A stretch of 64,000 nucleotides of DNA from Bacteroidia bacterium. GTDB lineage: Bacteria; Bacteroidota; Bacteroidia; M30B66. The stretch covers positions 86,626 through 150,625 of the forward strand of contig CBDIHM010000003.1 of assembly GCA_965279035.1 (NCBI GenBank), read 5' to 3'. The notes under the pieces were generated by a model. It saw only the letters and a program-made list of their open reading frames with translations. It had not been told where the DNA came from and made no database searches. The position numbers were made by a program, and so were the translations under genes. The first letter of the stretch is position 1; each line of letters begins with the position of its first letter. This document shows positions 42,724 through 55,405 of this stretch, one piece after another.

Positions 42724-43306
42724 GAAGCCAGCCCAAAACGCGGTAATCTAGCCCACTTCCGCACAATTTTAAGTCATTTCAACAGCAGCGCTACGAAATT
42801 GAGCCGTAGGGGAGAGGAAACCCCGCGACCAAACGGTCAGAAGGTTTTGTGAGTCACTGAGGGGTCGCTGGAGGGGTCGGTATTCCAGCAATGGCTTGAA
42901 GGTCAACTGCTGCAACAATTCACACATTGGTTTTTGAATTGAGATGCAGGAATACACGTGAGAAGCTCTAAAGCAACGTCGAACGCCTGGGCAACAGTGA
43001 AGAACAAATCTGACACCGATTGGAAGTGGCATGTTGATGCCGAAGAAGATATCTAAGCCTTATCGAAGCTTTTGCATTAATATTGAGTTTTCTGGTCGGC
43101 TTGACTGATCAAGATCGGGCTACATATACAATTTCAGGCGCACTCCAAAACAACCGAGACTGCATCTGCATCAATGCTGCAACAAGAAAATGATTTCTCT
43201 AGCAAGATTGACGGATTGGATAGACGATCTGCAAAGAACATTAACTGATGTCAGATTGAGTAGAGCTAATTGAGACGTGCCAGCCTATGTCAAGCTTCTC
43301 CAACGA

Positions 43307-46300
43307 ATGGATCTGAGGTGGCGAGCTTTGCTAGCACTGACAGCGCTGAAGCTGGTTCTGCTACCGTCATATCGTTCCACGGATTTTGAAGTGCACAGGA
43401 ACTGGCTTGCTATCACCAACAGCTTGCCCCTCTCGCAATGGTGAGCTGCCTTGACTTGCTGCTTCTTCACCGGTCCAGGACTCCTGCTGAGCCCGAACGC
43501 CACCAACTTTCCCTGATTCCTATGCGCGTGGCTTACTTATATACCTTGTGTAATAATGCAGGTACAAAGAGGCAACTTCGGAGTGGACATTGGATTACCC
43601 GCCCCTGTTCTCATGGTTTGAGTGGGGCCTATCACATGCGGCATACCTATTCGACCCAGCCATGCTAGATGTCTCCAATCTCAATCACGCCAGCCCCAAA
43701 ACAGTACTCTTCCAGGTGGGGTCAGGGCCTGAAGGCGTCAGGCCATGATAGATGCAGTGACAATCTCCACCTGTGCAGTGTTCATGGCAATCAATAATTA
43801 ATGCTAGTGATTTCTGACTCCTGCAGCGTATAAGCGTCATATTCACAGACACAGTGCTGTATGGAGCAGCCTGGTTTGGCACAAGGAAGTACAAAGAGCC
43901 ACAGCGCACTGTAGCATTTCTGCTTCTGGTTGCCAATGCAGGCTTGCTGCTAGTGGATCACATTCACTTCCAGTACAATGGATTCTTGTTGGGTAAGCCC
44001 CATTCATGCTTTGTCTGAAGCGTACTGTCAGCAGATCACTCCAAGAGTCACACAGACAAGCAAATGTGGCTGATTAGGAAGCCAGAAATCGAGCAGCAGC
44101 GCAAGATGGCATTAAAAGCGGCATGAGAAAGCCGCGTGCAATTGTTACCATAAAGAATGACAGCTCATTCATGTGCTCATTCATGTGCTCAGTTGATTTT
44201 TAAAAACCTCACAGGGCTGGTGTGCAAATACTTGGATTTACTTTACTGCAGTGTGGACATGCATCTATATTCTGTGCTTGCTGTGAGCTGTCAGTACTTC
44301 ATCGCTGCTGGCCAAAAGCAGGGTGTAGCAATCTTTCAATAATAGTGTTGACGAGAGGTTGATATTCCAACAATGAAGTCACTGTGGGATGTGGTGATCA
44401 GGGATCCTTCTTTGGTCCATGGCGCTGATTCAAGAGGGGCACGACCTGCTCGGAGGCTTGCTGTTTGCAGTACTTCTGAACATGAAGCACTTGTTTGCCT
44501 GCTTGGGCCCCTTGTACTTTGTCTACCTACTGCGCCATTACTGCAGGTGCTAAATCTGCCTTGCTAAATAAACGTGCTGCTGCTGCATGTACATACTAAA
44601 GATCAAGACGAGCAGATTCTATACTTTCTTCATTGTGACGGCATGCTGTGCCTGCAGAGGGAAGCAGGCAGTGTCCAGGTTTCTGATGCTGGGCGCTGTT
44701 GTTGCAGCTGTTTTTGCGATTTCCTTCGGGCCCTTCATCTTGGCAGGCCAGTTGCAGCAGGTCTGCACATGCTCCTGTCCCTGTGTGCAGTTGTGTATAA
44801 CATTTGCTATTGAATCGCTTTGCCCAGCCATGTTTGAGGCTGTTTGCCACGTCCCATCAACCTTTCAGTCCCAGAAAATCCAGTCTGAGTTGGGCGGAGT
44901 CAGCCACAAGAGAGAGGCATGTACGTCAGTGGTGATGTGCATTCATGCAGGTACTGGGCCGGCTCTTTCCCTTTGACAGAGGCCTCATGCATGCCTACTG
45001 GGCCGCCAATCTATGGGCTTTGTATGCTGCTGCAGACAGGGCACTGGCTGTACTGCTGCCGCGCTTCGGCTTCCCTGTCGAGAAAACAGCCAGCCTCATG
45101 ACTGGTGTGACCCTCTTATGCTGCCTGCTATTGGATCTCTGTTGTGTTGCTGTCATTTATTCTTTGTCCTTTGAGGCTGCAATGAGTCTGTCAATGAGCT
45201 GCAGGTGGAGTGACCGGTACTTTAATAACTTGGATGTCCATGTGATTTTACTTTCTGCTGTGTGGTAGATGAGCTTTGCATTGGCAGGTCCAAGTGGCAA
45301 GTCGCATTTGGGCTTTTGGACAGTGCATGGGGTGCCCTGGCTGATAGATAAATGAAAAATCACTGGCTGTGGTTTCCTGCACCTCATGCTCATGAGTGAT
45401 GGCCCCTATTCATGATGCAGGTGGCTTGGTTCAGGTCAGCAGCTTTGCAGTGCTGCCCAATGTCACTGCAGGGACCACTCTCATTGTGGTCCTGTTTACA
45501 ATGGCCCCAATGCTTGTCTGCGTTTGGAGGAACCCAAAGCCAGAGGCATTTGCTGGTGCTGCTGCCTACGCGTGTATGTGCAGGTAATCCATCTAACACT
45601 GCACTCACTTCTGCTTCTCCCTGAGCTCTTTAATTCACTGAAACGTGCAATAGGATCCCTGACTGGAGATGCCTCTCTCTCATTTTGAATGTCAGACTTC
45701 TGCTGGCTAGGAGCTCTGCACTGACTCTCTCAGACTTGCATGTGCTGAACTTTGCATGTGCCATGTGTCTGCAGTTTCATGGCGGGCTACCACGTCCATG
45801 AAAAAGCGATTCTGATGGTCATCCTGCCGCTCACGCTGGGTGCTGTCAACAGCAGGGCAGCTGCACGCAGCTTCCTCATGCTCAGCATGACAGGGCACTA
45901 TGCCCTGCTGCCGCTGCTTTTCACCAAGAACGAATATCCTCTGAAGGTGAGCCCTCCCTTTCACCCTCCCTGCCAACCTGGGGTCTTGTTGTGCTGCCCC
46001 ACCCTGTTTGCAAGAGAGAAGCCTACGATATTGTTTGCCTTGAACACAGTCTTAAAGCCAGAATGCATTGCTCGGAGGACTTTCTTTGAGGCATGGGTAG
46101 CGCTGATCAGCCTGGTTGGTTTGTGTGTGCAGATGCTGATCCTTGTCATATCATCGCTGGCGAGCTGTGCACTGTTGCGTAAATGTGGGCAGGATCCTGT
46201 GAGGGAAGATGGAGTCTCTAAAAAGTCGACAGTTGGCGACCCAGGGCTGAGGCGCAGCTTAATCCGCCTCTTGGGAGGGCTGAATTGTGTATATCTGTTG

Positions 46301-46456
46301 GGCTTGGTGGGTGTGGAGTTGCTGAGTGTGGCCGTTTGCCCCTTGTTACTGCCAAGGTTGCCCTTTTTGCCGTTAATGTTGAGGTCAGTGTACTGCGCGG
46401 CTGGGTTGACGAGGGACTGGCAATTTCTTTACTGGCAGGTGCAGCATACGGGATGA
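43307..46456 (+). CDS. ALG8: Dol-P-Glc:Glc1Man9GlcNAc2-PP-Dol alpha-1,3-glucosyltransferase (GT57)
   Basis: [18 protein letters not shown]; WTLDYPPLF; [13 protein letters not shown]; [22 protein letters not shown]; [10 protein letters not shown]; PFLPLML. Confidence 0.93.
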
Positions 46457-46841
46457 TGCTTGCTTCCTCTTGAAATTGTGATCACTGCAAGAGATTCAAC
46501 GCCTCTCTTGGCACCACCTTTTCCGCACCATTGCTACCGTTAAGTGTACTGTGGGTTTGAATTATGCATTCAATGCAAATAGCAACAAATATGCAGTGCG
46601 TAGTAGTAGCCCAAAATGAGTAGTGCATATAAAGTCATGCGAATGGGTCTGCACCATCAAAAGCTATCATAGATGATCCGCCAAGTTGGCGACGCCAAGA
46701 AGGACAAGTCCCAACCAACCACTGGATGCAGAGTGTGCTGGACACATTGGCCCACATTCAATGGCAGCTTGCCGGACATTGGCAGATTTGCACGTCATCA
46801 TGTGGTTGTATCATGATGGAAACTTATCTTGACTCGCGCTT

Positions 46842-46878
46842 TCCCCGGGCCCGGGGAGCTCCCCTCGAGGGGCCCCTC
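46842..46878. repeat. Chain of four overlapping GC-rich palindromes
   Basis: tccccgggcccgggga (46842-46857), ggggagctcccc (46853-46864), cccctcgagggg (46861-46872), gaggggcccctc (46867-46878). Confidence 0.85.
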
Positions 46879-48292
46879 CTGGAAACCCACTAGAGAAGAG
46901 AGCAGGTGATTTGAAATTTTTTATCAAGGTGTCAGGGAGATCATCAAGACTCAAAAGCACTCCTGTTCAACGAATGAACCCCCGAAAAAAAAACAAGAAA
47001 AGACTTTTCACATGACAGGCTTGAATTCGCATCTCTTGTTCGCCACTCCGAGGGGGGATTGGACTTCGTACAGCTTCCGCTCTCCTCTCTCAGCCTGATA
47101 GGATCAACCGCACCCCTACATCAGAAGACGGAATGTGTTTTCTTTGTTTGTATTTATTTGACGGCGCAAATGTTATCAACTGCTTCTGCTGTGCAGAGAG
47201 GGCATCATACTTTCATTAGATAATACGCTTGCTGCTTTCCCACTCCCTGCTATCCTGGGATCTCCTTACGTTCAACCCTGTTTGCAACAAAGAGGCCTGT
47301 GATATTTTGTGTCTTGAACACATCATTAAAAATCTAGACCATGTCGGGGTGTCAGGTAACAGTGAAGGCTTCAAATCACAGGATCGCAATTTGTCTTCTC
47401 TGAATGAATGTCACTGGTCGTTCCAATGCATTTTCTCCTGTCGAAGTTTGGTTTCGTACGGTAACCGCAAATTCAACAAATCAGGACCCTTGAAATACAG
47501 GGATTCAACAGAGGGTTTGCTTTAAGCAAATGACATGATGTGATATGCAGGTGTTTGTGCAGCACTACATGACAATGCACACACACCAGGGACCGTTGTT
47601 GAGCTCCACCCAATCGCAGTCATTATACTTGTGCATTCAGACTCATTGCCAATCGGCAGTCGGAATTGCATAATCCTAATTAGTAATTTATATATTCAAT
47701 TCTATCAAACTTTAAAGTTTTTCATATAGTAATAGTCTACTATGATACCAGATGCCGAGCATCTTGTATTCATCAAATCAAGCTCAATTTTTCTTTTGTC
47801 CGGGTGCTGCCGCAGTGCGGCACTGTGCGGCACGGAGCGATAATAATGGATTTTGCTGGCCTTCGTGGTGCCAAGACCGTCTGTGACAGGGCTTGTCCAC
47901 ACTCAAGCCAAGACTCCCATTAGTAGCGCTGGAGTCCAGAGCAGACCTGCTCCATTGCTGAGGTGTACAGTACATGCAGAGTGTCGTCTTCACCACATGA
48001 CCGGTTCCAACATGCATGTGTACATGTTGCAAGCGATGTCTTCAGATGCCATAGATTGCCATCCCTGATAGCCATGCTGCAGCAAAAAATGGATATCGCG
48101 ACCCACAACTCTGAGGACATCGTCCCAATTTTCTTAAACACGCTAGAGGCTACAGGAACAGCGCAGACAACCTCACGCAGACTGTGCCATCATTCTAGAC
48201 ACGCTACGCATGGTATCTGAGGCCAACACTCCCAGAGCCACAGTGGCTGCTGCCCTCCCAACACACCCTACACTGCCAACTGCGCTGCCCCT

Positions 48293-49593
<1,301 letters not shown>

Positions 49594-50678
49594 CTAGCCA
49601 CCGTCTATCTAATTGGCGGAAAGTTGACCGACAACGCCTGGAATACCCACAGTGAGGGTGATTGGGATGTGCACCTTCTTAGTCTCGAAGACACTGGTCG
49701 CACACGCTTGCAAATCGGTTAGATGGATTATTTTCCGGGACTTGGACTCAAATACAGCAACCAGAACAGACAGAAATTTAAAGGGACTGGGTTCCATCAA
49801 AGCTTGGGCAACCCAGGGGTGGATGACTCATGTTCAGTACCCTCTCAGGGGTGAGCCCTACAGGGGCTTGAAGGGAATAGATTGTTGTGTGATTGTTTGA
49901 TTGTCACAGACAATTTGTCTGCAGCGCTCATCAGAATGGTGCCAGGAGATGGAGGCATGCCATGGGGTCCAAAATTCCTTCTGTACAGTGCAGCCTGTTT
50001 TGCAATGTCACAACGGTTGTCTCCTTGGAGTCTTGATCAATCATCAATCATGATGCGCATGGCGCATAGATCATGCATGATCGTGCACGTGCACGTGCTG
50101 GCATGAAGAGACACACGCCGTGACACCGGCGGTATCATACAATGATTAGAGAAAGAGGTATGCAGACAATGATTGTACTACATAATATGACTCAATCGAA
50201 ATTCATTCATGATCACAGCGACTGACCAATGACGCCGCGTGCATGCGGCATCGGATGCGGTATGGCATGAGGCATATGTTGCCGCGGCGTCAGCAGACTG
50301 CAGTGACTCACTCAGGAGTGCTGCCACGGGCGGCTGCTAGCAGACGCTTCATTGTAGCTATCATCATGATAGCTACACCGTACTATAGGATGCTCAGTCT
50401 GACAGAGCTGCTCAGCAATAATGCTAGTGATGTTTATTGCTCATTGTTACTACCAGTGGTGGTGCCAGCAACATCTGAGAGTCACTGGCATGAGATTCAG
50501 AGGCTCATGAGCTGTGGGCTCTGATCGGCATAAGCCACAGAACCTCTTTTATAGCTGTCACGGTAATCAACCAGCGATGAGGCAACCAATGTGTTACAGA
50601 CATCCCGGCCTCGAACAAGCTTGCATCACTACTTGTGCAATAGAATTCAGTCCTGTCACAGGTTTGACTACGAGGAGG

Positions 50679-52185
50679 TCAGATGCCAGCAATCCCAAGG
50701 CAGGAGTGGCATGCCGTGCAGTCACATCCAACGCCATCATGGCTCGCAACATACTGGGGGAAGACAACCCTGCCCATCCTCTTTGGCTTCCCGCAGTTGT
50801 TAAGCACCCCATACCTTTGCATGACACATCTGAACATAGAGCCCTTGTAGCGCTCTGAGTTCATCACACCACGCCCAATTGACACGGGAGCCCCAGCCAC
50901 GTCCGACCATACTCCTTGGCAGAAAAAGTTTCCATATGATCGCACAGGGCTGGCTGATCCTCAACATCCAGGCGCATCGCCCATGTAGAGTAAATGCAAA
51001 AGATCTTGAGTTTGACTGAAGGCTTGAATGTCAGGTACGCAGTCTTGCAGTTGACCCGCAAGATCTGCAGCTCTGGGAATGTGTCGCTGCCTATCACCAT
51101 ATGATCGCCAAGAGTCCCCAGCTGCTCTACATCAAGCTTCAGCATAGTGAGTTGAGGGAAGCGCACCTGCTGTGTCCCCTGAAACGCTTCGCGCACGTCA
51201 ATCCAATCCACATATTCTATGGACTCAAACCTCCCATCCCAGGACAGCTCAGCAACCCTCCATTCTTCATGCCACGAGCACTTGTCAGTCAGCAATCTGG
51301 CTGCTGTGCACTTGACAGCCACGGAGCATGCCTCCGGCACCCAATATTTTGCAGGAAGCCGGGTGGAAAAGCAGACCCTCTGCAGCTGCACACAGCCACG
51401 CAGGTCTACAGCATACTGCTGACCATCCCGCACAGTCAAGGGCTCAATGAAAATTGTGACCAATTGAGGCAGACATGCCAGGCTTCCGCAGCACTCTGGA
51501 GAAATAGGGTTCCTGGTTATGAGCACCAGGTGCTTGAGCAGGAGCATGGGCGGGGCAGAATATAAAGCCCGGATCCTGAGAGACAGAACTGTCAGCTTTG
51601 CGGCATGCTCCACGACGATGTCCTCAAGGTACTTCTGGGCCGCCCTGCTCCTTTCACTTCTCTGTGGTGAGCAGCTGACCACCAGCTGCACCAGGTTGCT
51701 TGCCCTTGGGATGCTTGCAGGGCCTGATGCATAGTCCACAAAGTCATCGAAGCCGTCGTGGTTGATGTCCAAGTGCACGGAGAGGCCCGTGAAGTTCGAT
51801 GCGTGTCCAGCTAACCACTTTGCGGAATGTGTTCCCTCGATGCAGATACGTCCTTCTCCAGGGTGCACCTATTCATCAAGACAGCTCATAAGACACTTCT
51901 TCAAGTATTAGATTTCGTTCCATATGCATTACGATAGACACCATTTGTCTATCTAAATAGAATGTGCCGGACCTTTTGAAGCCCCTTGAAGGAGCAAGCG
52001 GTGGCTGCCCAGTCCTTTGACGGCAGGTAACTGGCAATGATGGCCCAGATCTCGATGGGAAGGGTAGGACACGTTCGCATCTTCACGGTTGCTTTCCGAT
52101 TCACTGAGAGCGTTTGCCTGACAGGTACTCTCTCAGCATTGCGTGGTTCAGCACAGACTTTTCTCCTTTTCCTGTTCTTCCCCAT
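50679..52185 (-). pseudogene. F-box-like / LRR-like protein with one apparent frameshift (may be intact if this is a sequencing error)
   Basis: PTLPIEIWAIIASYLPSKDW F-box-like motif; 334-aa ORF with LxxLxL repeats. The C-terminal CDCTACHSCL lies in another frame, which is restored by one extra base in the A-run near 50925. Confidence 0.65.
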
Positions 52186-52644
52186 TGAATTGACTCGCTG
52201 CAGGCTTCTGCAGATCACGGACCCGCGATCGCGACTTGCTTTGGGGATTCAATTTGCATTGCTTCTCGCAAGGTGCTGCATGGATCCGAGTTTAGGACAC
52301 TCAGCCAGATTCATAATGATTCAGGGCCTGAATTTCAGGCATGGCTTTGCTTTTCACATCCTAGTGTTCCCCTTGCGTTATAGAACCCTCAGTACATGTA
52401 CATATGTATACACTATTGTAATTAGTGTGAAAAACTCCACAGTCCAGTCATGTCATCCACTGTGACAGCACGAGTCTGTCGGTTGATGTTCTTTATTGTT
52501 CCTGTGATCAGCTTGTGATCCGTGCAAAGAATTGGGGGGACAAGATTGCTGGATTCTTGGGTGCACACTATCTCTTTCGAGATCTTTCTTCCATCTTTCA
52601 TGTCGTTGTAAGGTCAGCTACAGAACTTAGTTCAATTGAAGGAC

Positions 52645-54087
52645 ATGGAGACGCATTTGACTTTTGACAACAGGGGGAAACAGCTTGGTATACTGGTGAA
52701 GGAAAGGCTGACCACAGACCAGAACTTGCAACTGAAGGTGACTGTGTCCCTCCGATGTTCGGTGCATTTTGATGATGCAGACAATACGGGAGTAGTATTT
52801 ACTGGTAGTATTTACTATGACAATCGATGCATGATAAATTTTTGCGCTACAAAAGATGTGCAGGAGTCCTTACGTTAGCACCTGATTCTACCAACTGCTT
52901 GGTATGGCTCACAAGACTGGAGCGTTTCTCTGCAGGTTGTCGGCGTTTTGAACACAGTGAATGGCGGCTTAGAATACTGTGCAAAGCTTCGGAAGTTCTT
53001 TGGAGTGCCAAAGCCCCGTGCAAGAGTAGCCAATACACTGCCAAAGGACTACTTCCTGAACCTCAAAAGAAAGGGTCAGGTGAAGTTCGGTGAACGAATG
53101 GAAACTACTTCTCTCCAGCTTACAAATTACTTCCTGTTTATCAGAGGAACCGGACGCCATGATCCAGGACGCCTGCATCTCTGTGCAGCTGAGGATGGAG
53201 TGGCTCTGCAGGTGGGCCTGGGTGTGACTTACCTTTCAGGCACTGATGACATCCTCACGGGTGTGGTAGCACAAAAGCAGTTCTTCTTTGGGCAAACGCT
53301 GAATCCGTTCTCTTTAAAAGTGAAGGCCCAGGCAGACTACAACACACAAACGCAGCAGGTGACCACCATAACACCCGCCTGGAAAGCTGTACAAGGTTGC
53401 ATGAAGGTCTTCTGCTGGCCAAGATTGTTCCAGACTGTGGGTATTTCCTGCGCTGGTACCAGCAGTGACAATCACATAAACTTTGAGTGGGCATAGGATG
53501 CATCTATTGTGCCTGGTCTACAATTGGGCAGAGATACCTGGTCATGTTCCAATACCTAGAGACACGAGAAGCTTACAGTCACGTTTTGTGGAACTTGGAG
53601 GATGGATTGTGCCTGTCTGCACAGGTCGATGGTGTGGGGCGAGTGCAGCTGAGCAAAACAGTGTACAATTTCACAGACATGCAGGACCTGCGTTTGGTGC
53701 TGGGCTGCAAAGCCCACATTGACCAGAAGGGCAAAATCACGCCGGTGCGCTGTCAGATCTCTGCTTGTATGCTGGTATGACAGGCGTCCTGTATGTGCTG
53801 CAGTGATTGCATCTGTGCGGGACACATCAAAGTGGTATGCAGATCTGCTTCTTTGTGTGGCGCAAGGAACTGCTGCAGCATGGTGCACACCTGCATGAAG
53901 TGTGCGCGTCGGGGCACATATTGCTCTGCCTTTCATTGAATTGAGTCCAGCACTCATGCAAACGAGTCAATTTGTCACTCGAACAAATTGTTTGGCTGCG
54001 CAGACGCCATACGGACGCCTGCAGGAGAATAATTGGTCCCTCTTCTTCAACTTCCAGGGCTATTGGGGTGTGCGGTATGACTTGTGA
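52645..54087 (+). CDS. OEP21: Chloroplast outer envelope pore protein 21 homolog, 5 exons
   Basis: METHLTFDNRGKQLGILVKERL...; VYNFTDMQDLRLVLG; PYGRLQENNWSLFFNFQGYWGVRYDL*. The C-terminus matches the plant OEP21 ENNW...W.VRYDL pattern as I recall it. Confidence 0.8.
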
Positions 54088-55131
54088 TCTCTCTGGCGAT
54101 ATTCCAAGCCTTGTGTTTGAGCCCTTGCTGTGAGCTGTGCATTGCTCACAAGGACAACGGCAGTGCCGGCGCATGCTAAAGAAAGGGCATGCGCGTGCCC
54201 TGGAGGAACACAGTTTACACATAGTTAACCAGCTTGTTGTCCTGTCGGTGATACCTTCTCGCTGGGGAGAGGGTTCAGGTGGCCGACTAGAATGGCTAAT
54301 GAATGTGGTCATACATTTCGTGACTTCCAGCCTGGGACAGACATTCAACATGCATCGTTGGATGTACCTTTGATCTTTGTGCAACACCAAGTGATCAAAA
54401 TGTTTTTTTGGCAAAGAAACAAGGCTTGAGCACGGACAATTGAGTTGGTCATCAGGCGTCACTGTCGTTGGAGAGACTCGTGGTTGTCACAGAGCTCCGA
54501 CACATGAAGTCATGGTGATGGATGATTTGAAATCTTTGGGATGTGCCACCCCTTGCTGGATGCTAAGAAATCCTGCTGATGCTCCCTGTGGCCTGCACCG
54601 AGTGGATGTCACTGTAGCTGCCAGCGGCCAGCAGCTGGGTTAATGGATTGCACTGAAGATGGCCAGGCCCTCGTGCAGCAGACCGACGCATTGCTGAGCT
54701 GCACAGGCACATGCTCACCACGCATGCACATGTATTGTACGGTACAATCTATGGTGGCCCACCGGGGGACATCAAACATTCTGGAAGGGAGCCGGATGTC
54801 ATTGATGACTGTAATCTATTTTTGACCCTGCTTTCTCTTGACCTTGTGATCGTTTCAATTCTTACAGTTGGGACCCGTTGGCCAGAGCCATCATGGAAAA
54901 CCAATGATGGTTCCCAGCCGGGCGGCCGCGGCATCATGATTGGTACTTTGACGCCACATATTTCGAAATTGAATTAAATAGCCAGCCTGGCAGGATATAA
55001 TCCTACGAGTACGCCAGAAGTGCATGAGGAAACTTTCTCAAAACCTGCATTGACACCACACCAGCATGCCTCACCACCTGTCAACGGTCTCTTGAGGTCC
55101 CATCCTTGAGGCCACACAGTGCTCTTGGATG

Positions 55132-55174
55132 CAGGGGGTACTAAAGACTAAAGAGTAGTCTTTAGTACCCCCTG
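55132..55174. mobile_element. 43-bp miniature inverted-repeat element with 7-bp target-site duplication
   Basis: Perfect 19-bp arms cagggggtactaaagacta / tagtctttagtaccccctg around a 5-nt spacer, flanked on both sides by ttggatg. Confidence 0.8.
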
Positions 55175-55405
55175 TTGGATGGCATGCCAGGGTCTTGGAA
55201 ACATCCGCTTCAAATACAAGCTTGTATACCAGCTCCCTTAAGGGAGCTGGTCCCAGGAGCCCTACTTGGGTTGCGCCTTTCGGAGATAGCGACGAGTCGC
55301 CGACGACCCAATCCCTACATGAAAATCGTCCTGCACAGTCCTACAATAGAATCCGCTGGACAAAGATCGTGCATGACTCCTCAAAGTCCTTGTATCGGCA
55401 TTCAG

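Noticed and set aside
47020-47135. Minus-strand tract ending in a T-run, considered as TPP riboswitch, U3, RNase MRP or telomerase RNA
   Set aside because: Only fragments of motifs (ggggtgc, ctgaga) are present; the required cores and a telomere template are absent.
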